Shown here: positions 1 through 7,409 of the stretch, one piece after another
How positions within the stretch are numbered: position 1 is the stretch's first letter
Layout: every line of letters begins with the position of its first letter
Source of the DNA: a virus
DNA: 64,000 bases
Direction: 5' to 3' (one strand)
IMG/VR virus record: IMGVR_UViG_3300042474_001185
Coordinates: 1-64,000 of that record
The notes under the pieces: generated by a model
What the model was told of the DNA's origin: nothing
Databases searched by the model: none
Seen by the model: only the letters and a program-made list of their open reading frames with translations
Position numbers and translations under genes: made by a program

Positions 1-1
1 G

Positions 2-217
2 TGGGAAAACAAAGAATTCTACAATGGATTATCGGTATTACCTTATGATGGTGGTACATACATTCAGGCACCATTTGAAGATTGTACAAAAGAGAAGTAC
101 GAAGAACTTATGAAAACATTAAACGATGTTGATTTAAGTAAGATAGTTGAAATAGAAGATATGACTGATTTAAGTGGTGAATTGGCGTGTGCTGGTGGTG
201 CATGTGAAATAAAATAA
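2..217 (+). CDS. nrdJ: Class II (B12-dependent) ribonucleotide reductase, C-terminal end (5'-truncated by window)
   Basis: Frame 2 reads WENKEFYNGLSVLPYDGGTYIQAPFEDCTKEKYEEL...LSGELACAGGACEIK*. The YxQAPFE motif and terminal CAGGAC redox pair are typical of monomeric NrdJ. Thioredoxin lies just downstream. Confidence 0.88.
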   Translation, partial: WENKEFYNGLSVLPYDGGTYIQAPFEDCTKEKYEELMKTLNDVDLSKIVEIEDMTDLSGELACAGGACEIK

Positions 218-402
218 TGAAAAGTGATAAAGAATTATATTATTTGGAAAATGGTAAAGTGGTTTTCACTCCTGAGTATCACATTGAACGAGGTAATTGC
301 TGTGGGAGTGGCTGCCGCCATTGTCCATATGAACCAAACCACATAAAAGGAAATATAGAATTAAAAGAACAATATAAAAATAAAAAAGATGGTAACAGTT
401 AA
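217..402 (+). CDS. Small Cys-rich protein (DUF5522-like)
   Basis: YYLENGKVVFTPEYHIERGNCCGSGCRHCPY motif; TAATG overlap with nrdJ. Confidence 0.75.
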   Translation: MKSDKELYYLENGKVVFTPEYHIERGNCCGSGCRHCPYEPNHIKGNIELKEQYKNKKDGNS

Positions 403-655
403 AAAATTTGGAGCAGTATGGTGTGGTCCTTGTAGAGCATTAGGACCGGTATTAGAAGGATTGAAAAATGATTTTCAAGGTAAAGCAACATTCATAGAAT
501 ATGATGTTGATAATTCGCCTGAAGAATCACAACAATATAATGTGACATCAATTCCAGTAGTAATAATTGAAAGAGATGGTGTAGTTGTTCAAAGATTTCA
601 AGGCTTATCATCTAAGATGGCATACACAAATGCTATCAACGAAGCAATAGGTTAA
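389..655 (+). CDS. trxA: Thioredoxin
   Basis: WCGPC active site, SIP cis-Pro loop, 88 aa, next to RNR. Confidence 0.93.
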   Translation: MVTVKKFGAVWCGPCRALGPVLEGLKNDFQGKATFIEYDVDNSPEESQQYNVTSIPVVIIERDGVVVQRFQGLSSKMAYTNAINEAIG

Positions 656-677
656 ATAAAAAAATAAAGGTTACATA

Positions 678-1274
678 ATGATTGATGATATTATAATAAT
701 TGATGATGTTATACCAAGACATCTTCAAGATAAGTTAGAAGATTTATTTACATCCAACAGACTTCCTTGGGTCTTTTTTAAAGATATAGCAATTCCACCA
801 GCGGAAATAAAAAGACTTGGAATTACCAAATTAACCCCTGGTATAGCTTGTTACATAAAGCAAGATAATCCTAAATTTGTAAACGAGCAATTGTTGAAAG
901 AAGTTAAGGTTATTGTTGATGAATCTTGTAAAAAGATAGGTAAAGAATGTAAAGATATTTTTAATGCACGAAGTTTTATGCATTTTCCATTGGCTACTGA
1001 ATTAAAAAAAGAATATGATAATGTACATGTTGATATAAACTATGACCACTTGGTTTGTTTATATTATGTGAACAATACAGATGGGGATACATATATTTTT
1101 GATAAAACAAAAAAGGAATTAAATCATATTTCTAAAGATACTAAACTTGGGATATTAAAACAAGTAAGTCCAAAAAAAGGAAGAGTTGTATTATTCGATG
1201 GCAGAAGATATCACTCAAGTTCAGGTCCATCTAAAAACATTAGATGCATAATAAATTTTAATGTTCAAATTTAA
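678..1274 (+). CDS. 2OG-Fe(II) oxygenase (phage family)
   Basis: HVD...H facial triad (NVHVDI; RYHSSS), LYYVNNTDGDT, PKKGRVVLFDG, terminal RCIINFN. Confidence 0.85.
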   Translation: MIDDIIIIDDVIPRHLQDKLEDLFTSNRLPWVFFKDIAIPPAEIKRLGITKLTPGIACYIKQDNPKFVNEQLLKEVKVIVDESCKKIGKECKDIFNARSFMHFPLATELKKEYDNVHVDINYDHLVCLYYVNNTDGDTYIFDKTKKELNHISKDTKLGILKQVSPKKGRVVLFDGRRYHSSSGPSKNIRCIINFNVQI

Positions 1275-1289
1275 ACAAAGGTTACATTT

Positions 1290-1493
1290 ATGGCAATTTT
1301 AAGAGGGCAATCGCACCCATCGGCAAAACTTACTGACGAGCAAGTCTTAATTATTCGTGACTTATGGAAAATGGGTCATCGTAATATCAAAGTTATAGCT
1401 CGTAACAATAAGGTATCACCATCAAATGTAATGAAGATAGTTCAACGTAAAACTTGGGCACACTTAAATCAATTTTGGTCTGGTAGTTTATGA
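1290..1493 (+). CDS. Small HTH-type DNA-binding protein (resembles the C-terminal domain of HNH homing endonucleases)
   Basis: GQSHPSAKLTDEQVLIIR...IARNNKVSPSNVMKIVQRKTW; ATGA overlap with the Mom-like gene. Confidence 0.65.
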   Translation: MAILRGQSHPSAKLTDEQVLIIRDLWKMGHRNIKVIARNNKVSPSNVMKIVQRKTWAHLNQFWSGSL

Positions 1494-2263
1494 AAGTAGA
1501 AGGTAAACAATATTGCGATACCTCTAAGTTTTCTATTAGAGAGATTAATAAAAACATAGCAAAGGATATCATTGTCAATAACCACTACAGTGGAATATGG
1601 ACGAAGGTATCCTATGCTATTGGATTATTTTACATATCCGAAGATGAACACAATTTCTTTAGTGGAGTTAATGAACAATTGGTTGGGGTTGCCTGTTATG
1701 GTGACCCGGTTGGTAGAAATGCCGGTGCATCTATTTCCGAATTACTTCCTAGAGATGGTGTATTAGAATTAACTCGTCTATTCGTATTTGATGGATATGG
1801 TACTAACATTGAGAGTTGGTTCGTTGGGCAATCTTTCGAATGGTTAAGAACTAATGTACCTCGTATTAAAGCTCTAATATCATATTCAGACCCAAATGCT
1901 GGACACTTAGGAACGGTATATCAAGCTACCAACTGGATATATCAGGGAAACAAAATCAGATGGTCAGATAGTTGGTCTTTCAAATGGAGTGAGGATGATG
2001 AATGGCATCATTCTCGGACATCTTATGTGAAGTACGGAACGAATGACCCAAAGATAATTCAGACAATGGTTACAAGCCCATTCTGGATTAAAAGAGAACC
2101 CCGTAAGCACCGATATGTGTATATTCTAACCAAAGATAAGAAGGAACGCAAAGCCCTCTTAAAATCGCTTAAACATGAGGTGTTCCCATATCCAAAGGTA
2201 GAGTTGGATATTATTGATGAGGTTCATAAAATGGACCCGATAGATTTGGTAGTTTCAGAATAA
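1490..2263 (+). CDS. Mom-family (GNAT-fold) DNA modification protein, paralog 1
   Basis: IVNNHYS, LELTRL, NIESWFV, ISYSDPNAGHLGTVYQATNWIYQG, KHRYVY: the motif series of phage Mu Mom-like proteins. Confidence 0.85.
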   Translation: MKVEGKQYCDTSKFSIREINKNIAKDIIVNNHYSGIWTKVSYAIGLFYISEDEHNFFSGVNEQLVGVACYGDPVGRNAGASISELLPRDGVLELTRLFVFDGYGTNIESWFVGQSFEWLRTNVPRIKALISYSDPNAGHLGTVYQATNWIYQGNKIRWSDSWSFKWSEDDEWHHSRTSYVKYGTNDPKIIQTMVTSPFWIKREPRKHRYVYILTKDKKERKALLKSLKHEVFPYPKVELDIIDEVHKMDPIDLVVSE

Positions 2264-2276
2264 TTTCGTATATTTG
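2245..2276 (+). promoter_or_regulatory. Bacteroidota-type sigma70 promoter (-33 TTTG, -7 TATATTTG)
   Basis: TTTG-gtagtttcagaataatttcg(20 nt)-TATATTTG, 7 nt before ATG 2284. Confidence 0.75.
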
Positions 2277-2283
2277 TAATGTT

Positions 2284-2538
2284 ATGGCAAGAGTAGAACC
2301 AAACGCTAAGGATAAACCACGTAAATTTGAACACATCTATAAGGATGATGATGGATGTGAATCAATTTGGAAATACGATTTGGATAAATTCCCAAATGGA
2401 CCTATATCAGTAGAGAACAAATATCCTGCTGGTTATGTGAAAGATTTGAAACAAAGACAAAAATTAGCAAAGGCTGAACGAAGTTTATCTATTTTAGAAA
2501 AAGCAAAACAAGCAAAAAAGAATGAAGGTAGAAGGTAA
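2284..2538 (+). CDS. Hypothetical protein; overlaps the start of Mom paralog 2
   Basis: 84-aa ORF after a promoter; basic C-terminus; 17-nt overlap with the next gene. Confidence 0.6.
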   Translation: MARVEPNAKDKPRKFEHIYKDDDGCESIWKYDLDKFPNGPISVENKYPAGYVKDLKQRQKLAKAERSLSILEKAKQAKKNEGRR

Positions 2539-3322
2539 AAATTATTGTGATACATCGAAAGTATATGTAGCACCAATAGCAAAGAGTATCGCTAAAGATA
2601 TTATTGTTAAGAAACACTATACTCACGCTTGGACAGCTTGTAGATATGCAATTGGAATATATTACAAATCAGAAGATGCCAATACCTTTGATGGTGATAA
2701 ACTTATAGGTTGTTTAATATATGGTTTTCCTGTTGGAGCAAAAGCATCCACTTCTATTTGTGAAGGATTAACCAAAGATAACATTTTAGAATTGACACGT
2801 TTGTATTGTGATGATGGATATGGTTCTAATATTGAATCATTTGCATTAGGACAATCTTTCAAATGGTTAAAGGAACATGATAAAGCAATTAAAGTATTAC
2901 TATCATACGCCGATAACGGACAAGCTCATTTAGGAGGAATATATCAAGCTACCAATTGGATTTATCAGGGATTATCTACGGATATTGCATTGATGCCAAA
3001 TTGGGGTATATCATTACACAAAGACCCGTATCAATGGATTCATAGTAGGACTGTGTTTTCAATGTGGGGTAGTGGTAACTTAGCACACTTACAAATGGAA
3101 ATCGGTAAGCAAGGATATAAAGAGTTTTGGAGAAGGGAAGAACCACCAAAGCATAGATATGTTCAGATACTTGCGCAAGATAAAAAAGAAAAGAAAGATT
3201 TGATGAAACGATTGAAACACGAAATCAGACCTTATCCAAAAGATACCGCTTCATACAATACAGAAGTAGTACATCACCTAACTACATACGAAGTGCCGGA
3301 AGGAACGGCCAATTTTTGGTAA
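2522..3322 (+). CDS. Mom-family (GNAT-fold) DNA modification protein, paralog 2
   Basis: IVKKHYT, LELTRL, NIESFAL, LSYADNGQAHLGGIYQATNWIYQG, KHRYVQ; same N-terminus (MKVEGKxYCDTSK) as paralog 1. Confidence 0.85.
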   Translation: MKVEGKNYCDTSKVYVAPIAKSIAKDIIVKKHYTHAWTACRYAIGIYYKSEDANTFDGDKLIGCLIYGFPVGAKASTSICEGLTKDNILELTRLYCDDGYGSNIESFALGQSFKWLKEHDKAIKVLLSYADNGQAHLGGIYQATNWIYQGLSTDIALMPNWGISLHKDPYQWIHSRTVFSMWGSGNLAHLQMEIGKQGYKEFWRREEPPKHRYVQILAQDKKEKKDLMKRLKHEIRPYPKDTASYNTEVVHHLTTYEVPEGTANFW

Positions 3323-3326
3323 TATA

Positions 3327-3351
3327 TAACTTATTGATAATCAATGGGTTA
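3327..3351. promoter_or_regulatory. 25-bp palindromic operator-like box
   Basis: TAACTTATTGATAATCAATGGGTTA; same box at 57937, 57987, 60318, 60343, 60370. Confidence 0.6.
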
Positions 3352-3370
3352 GAAAAAACTACCTAAAATG

Positions 3371-3402
3371 TTTGGTAGATTCGGTTATTTTTCGTATCTT
3401 TA
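3371..3402 (+). promoter_or_regulatory. Bacteroidota-type promoter
   Basis: TTTG-N20-TATCTTTA upstream of ATG 3430. Confidence 0.7.
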
Positions 3403-3429
3403 CATAGTTAAAATCATAAAATATAAAAC

Positions 3430-5274
3430 ATGCAAAAAACATTAAAAGACAGTTTAGTTGAATTTTTAAAATCAACAAAAACAAAACGAATTTTTATATC
3501 ATCTCTAAAAGATATAAGACCTTTATATAGAGCACATCAACCATTTGGTAGTCTTGTTGCTCACATATTTAATTCCGGATGGAATCGTAAACCTAAATTT
3601 GATAGTCCAATTGTTATACAAAGTAAATTGGGTTATGTATTTCGTTTGGGGTCTGGGCTTGCATCAATTAACCAAATACCAATATCATTACTATCCGATA
3701 CAGCATCTCCAATTCAAAATTTCCTATTAAAAGACAGAGGTCATATATTAGAAATTACTTGTAAATTATACGATATTCCTAATTGGAGTGTTATTGATGT
3801 AATTAAAGTAATTGATACCGAAATAAAAGAATTAGCAGAAAATACTCAACATCAAAGTTCAGATAGGAAAGATGCATTGGTTATATTAAATTCCATTAAA
3901 GAATTTATAAATGTAAAACATGGTGAGTTTTTATCAAATGGAGTAACTGAAAAATCTGAAATGAAAATTTCAATTAGAGATATAGCAGATGCAGTTCCTG
4001 CGTTTGAAAATAACTTAAATGATACTGAATTATCTGTTGAAGTTAAACGTGAAAGTGTAGCAACTCATATAAAGGAAATTTTATGGTTAAACAATCATAA
4101 CAACAAATGGTCTGATACCCAATTAGCATGGCTATCATTTTGGGCGTATTCGTTTGAAAGAGATAATAGTTCTGATTATATTGATACCGTTTTGAAATAT
4201 GATAACCTTATTGCAATATTAGATAATAGTCCAGCGTTTAATGGAACTATTAATTCTGAAAATCAATATCCATTAATATCGAACTGTATTACAAAACATT
4301 GTGCTAAACTTACCGAAGGTTCTATTATAATTCCTATAAGATTAATAGCAGCTGATCGTGGTATTGCTGATTTTTCGGAAATAGCTAAAATGCTTGAAAA
4401 GGAAAAACAACAAACGTTTGAAACACTATACAAATATCTACATACTAATAAAGTTTCTAAAGATGAATTTTTAGATTATATAGATTTGTATGAGAAGATA
4501 ATGAATCAGCCGGCTTGGGCTACATTTGTTAAAAAAATTAAAACACTATACAAAACTACATATAACAAAAAAAATAGTGTTGTTGATAGTACCAACTTAG
4601 AACATACTAATATTTTACATTCATCGTATGGCGGCCCTGCTCTTATTGCGTGTGCTAGAATTATTAATGAGATATGTGATAATAGAACTTCGGATTCTCA
4701 AATTAAAAGAGTAATTGATGATTTTTGTAATAGACTTTATAATAAAGTAGAAGAAGTGTGTAATGATGGTACATATTTTTCCGCATCTAACAAATCATCA
4801 ATGCGTGTACTTTTAACAATTTTACCTGTATTTTCTGAAATGATGAAAGGCGCTGAATCAAAGGATAAAACATTGAGTAAGCAAAAAGTTTATGAAATTC
4901 TTTTAAACGAACTTAAAGGATATCTTGATGGGCAAGTTAAGTTCAACGTTGTTAAATTAACAACAAAAGGATATAGTGGACATCCTGAAATTACTGATAT
5001 CGATTTTTCAGAATTTGAGAGAGCTAAAGCTGGATTTGATTTAGGCCAAAGAGAGCAAACTATGGGGTATTCATTAGATAATTGTATTGTTCAACAAAAA
5101 CATCATAATCGTTCTGCACATAATATTGACCATAATGTTACTAATCTTGATTATTGGAAATGGTACGCTAAAACAAACTTAGAAATTGTAACATCAAATA
5201 GACAATATTTTATTGATAACGATATGATAGAAGTTATAGCAGATGCTAAAAAACTTAATGAAAGATTTAATTAA
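3430..5274 (+). CDS. 614-aa protein; possible degenerate DUF262 (ParB-like) N-terminus plus HNH-like C-terminus (GmrSD-like architecture)
   Basis: N-terminal GWNRKPKF...NQIPI...FLLKDRGHILE loosely follows DUF262 (YQR..W...IP...DGQQRL). C-terminal DLGQREQTMGYSLDNCIVQQKHHNRS loosely follows an HNH core. The ORF is certain; the family call is weak. Confidence 0.4.
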   Translation: MQKTLKDSLVEFLKSTKTKRIFISSLKDIRPLYRAHQPFGSLVAHIFNSGWNRKPKFDSPIVIQSKLGYVFRLGSGLASINQIPISLLSDTASPIQNFLLKDRGHILEITCKLYDIPNWSVIDVIKVIDTEIKELAENTQHQSSDRKDALVILNSIKEFINVKHGEFLSNGVTEKSEMKISIRDIADAVPAFENNLNDTELSVEVKRESVATHIKEILWLNNHNNKWSDTQLAWLSFWAYSFERDNSSDYIDTVLKYDNLIAILDNSPAFNGTINSENQYPLISNCITKHCAKLTEGSIIIPIRLIAADRGIADFSEIAKMLEKEKQQTFETLYKYLHTNKVSKDEFLDYIDLYEKIMNQPAWATFVKKIKTLYKTTYNKKNSVVDSTNLEHTNILHSSYGGPALIACARIINEICDNRTSDSQIKRVIDDFCNRLYNKVEEVCNDGTYFSASNKSSMRVLLTILPVFSEMMKGAESKDKTLSKQKVYEILLNELKGYLDGQVKFNVVKLTTKGYSGHPEITDIDFSEFERAKAGFDLGQREQTMGYSLDNCIVQQKHHNRSAHNIDHNVTNLDYWKWYAKTNLEIVTSNRQYFIDNDMIEVIADAKKLNERFN

Positions 5275-5573
5275 TGAAATTCGATAAAACTAAAGCCGAA
5301 ATAGTATATCATACCCCATCATTTAAAGATGGGTGGATTACTGTTATTGCCGAAGAATGTAAAGCAAATAATCAAAGAATGGTACTAATAATACCAACTT
5401 GTAAAAAATATTCATATCAAATTAATAAATCGTTTTCTATTTTAGGAGATGATTTATTGATATATGAAATGACGATGGGGATGGGTGTGGTATTAGAATC
5501 CCGAGCAAAGAAGTATGTAGAGTACCACAAAAATAGTAAACTATATGAAAAAAATCCATTTTTTAAGTATTGA
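5274..5573 (+). CDS. Hypothetical protein
   Basis: 99-aa ORF overlapping both neighbours. Confidence 0.55.
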   Translation: MKFDKTKAEIVYHTPSFKDGWITVIAEECKANNQRMVLIIPTCKKYSYQINKSFSILGDDLLIYEMTMGMGVVLESRAKKYVEYHKNSKLYEKNPFFKY

Positions 5574-6294
5574 GACCGATACTCATTCTAACATAGAAAA
5601 GAACTTAATTGAAAGTGCTAGAATTAATAGTATTGATTTAAATATAATTGGTAGAGGACATAAGTGGGAAGGTTTTATTACAAAGTTTAAAATTTTAAAA
5701 GAATATCTTCCTACAATTGAAAGTGAATTAGTTTGCTTAACCGATTCTAGGGATGTATTATATATGTCAGATTCCAAAACAATTTATAATACATTTATAA
5801 AAAAGTTTGATAAAGATTCTATTGTATTTAACGGAGAAACTAATTGTTTTCCGGAGAAAGACTTTGCTCCATTACATCCACATCAAAATAAAAAATACAA
5901 ATATTTAAATTCTGGTTGTGTAATTGGTAACAAAAAATTACTAATTGAAGTAGTAGATAAGTGTTTGGAATTGTATGAAAATTGTAAAATAAATGATGAC
6001 CAATATTTACTTCAGGAAGTATTTCTAAGTGGTGAGTATGGTGATAAATTTACTATTGATTATAATTGCGAAATATTTCAATGTATTTGGGATGAAGAAT
6101 ATGGTAGAAGTAATAATTTTGATTTGGTATATACTAAGGAAGAAATTTTTAATAGATTGACTGATACATATCCATTAATATTTCATTATCCCGGCCCAAC
6201 CTGTACTGGTTCTCAAGTTTGGAAAATTCTTAATAGGAGATACTATAAAATTTCAAACGATTCATATTACAAACAAAAGAAAAATAAAAAATAA
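5545..6294 (+). CDS. PLOD/LH3-like GT-A glycosyltransferase
   Basis: LTDSRDV, IVFNGETNCFP, YKYLNSGCVIG, DDQYLL, IDYNCEIFQC, PLIFHYPG match the GT domain of procollagen lysyl hydroxylases. Confidence 0.75.
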   Translation: MKKIHFLSIETDTHSNIEKNLIESARINSIDLNIIGRGHKWEGFITKFKILKEYLPTIESELVCLTDSRDVLYMSDSKTIYNTFIKKFDKDSIVFNGETNCFPEKDFAPLHPHQNKKYKYLNSGCVIGNKKLLIEVVDKCLELYENCKINDDQYLLQEVFLSGEYGDKFTIDYNCEIFQCIWDEEYGRSNNFDLVYTKEEIFNRLTDTYPLIFHYPGPTCTGSQVWKILNRRYYKISNDSYYKQKKNKK

Positions 6295-7407
6295 ATGAAA
6301 GTATTAGTAATTCCTAATTACACAAACTTTGGACAAGCCAAAGATATTAATAGAGATTCATTTCTATTAGTTTTTAAATCATTTTTAGATAATACTAAAA
6401 TTGGTAAAGAATGGGAATGGGTATTGCCATATCCTGATATGGATAACCATCCTGGCATTATCAATCAATTTGAATACCCAAATGTTTCACTTCGTAAAAT
6501 GGATGGTGTGGATGCCTTTCCACCTAAAATGAGAGTAAATTATCCTCATAAATTTTTTGATAGATTGGTTGAGAAAGAACATTTTAATTTAGTATGGTCA
6601 CATTTACCTGAATGGACACATGAATTTAAAATCACTCGTATCTATAATAAGACACAACCTATCATTGGTTATTGCCATTGGTGGGAGATAAAAGATAATG
6701 GAGCTAGAGATGATAATTCATTTTGGAAAAACATTAAAGGTACATTAGATATGAAAGTATGTGGTGTAAACTCACAATGGGTTAAAGATTTAATTCTTAA
6801 AAGAGCTTCCGAAGATTTCCAACCACACATTGTAGACAAATTAAATGAAATACTTCAGCCTTGGTATTTGGGTACTGATGAATTTGTACCAACTAAAGAA
6901 TACAAAAAGAAAACTATTGTATTCAATCATAGAAATAATGGTTATACGGGCGGCGAGTGGTTCTTTGAAACTATGGATGCGTTATGGAGTGAAAGACAAG
7001 ATTTCGAAGTATGGACTACATTGGGTAATATGAAAAAACCATATACTAAATATATTGGACATGCTGATAGAGATGTTTATATGAATAAATTAGGAGAAGC
7101 GCATTTTGGAGTTGGTTGTTTTGAAACATATTCGGCGTGGAGTATGAGTACAACTGATGGTCTTAGTAGAGGTGTACCATATTTATTACCAAATAAGTTA
7201 TGTTATCCTGAAATGGTAGGTACTGATTATCCACTTCTATATAATGATAGAAAAGAATTTAAAGAAATGGTTAATATGATTTTAGATGAAAAAATAGAAA
7301 GACCAGATGTTAGTGCTCTTTCAAAAGCATTACTTTGGGAAAACTCATTAAAGAGTTGGGATGTAGAAAACAATTTTGTAAAAACAGCAAGAATATTTGA
7401 AGATTAA
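6295..7407 (+). CDS. GT-B glycosyltransferase, candidate DNA-base glycosyltransferase
   Basis: SHLPE, YCHWWE, IVFNHR, WSMSTTDG...PYLLP...YPEM (GT-B donor-binding region); ends 2 nt before the DNA polymerase start. Confidence 0.7.
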   Translation: MKVLVIPNYTNFGQAKDINRDSFLLVFKSFLDNTKIGKEWEWVLPYPDMDNHPGIINQFEYPNVSLRKMDGVDAFPPKMRVNYPHKFFDRLVEKEHFNLVWSHLPEWTHEFKITRIYNKTQPIIGYCHWWEIKDNGARDDNSFWKNIKGTLDMKVCGVNSQWVKDLILKRASEDFQPHIVDKLNEILQPWYLGTDEFVPTKEYKKKTIVFNHRNNGYTGGEWFFETMDALWSERQDFEVWTTLGNMKKPYTKYIGHADRDVYMNKLGEAHFGVGCFETYSAWSMSTTDGLSRGVPYLLPNKLCYPEMVGTDYPLLYNDRKEFKEMVNMILDEKIERPDVSALSKALLWENSLKSWDVENNFVKTARIFED

Positions 7408-7409
7408 TT

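Noticed and set aside
678-1274. TET/JBP base hydroxylase supplying the DNA glycosyltransferase
   Set aside because: Motifs fit the generic small phage 2OG-Fe(II) family, and no cytosine methylase is adjacent. Cannot be fully excluded without a profile search.
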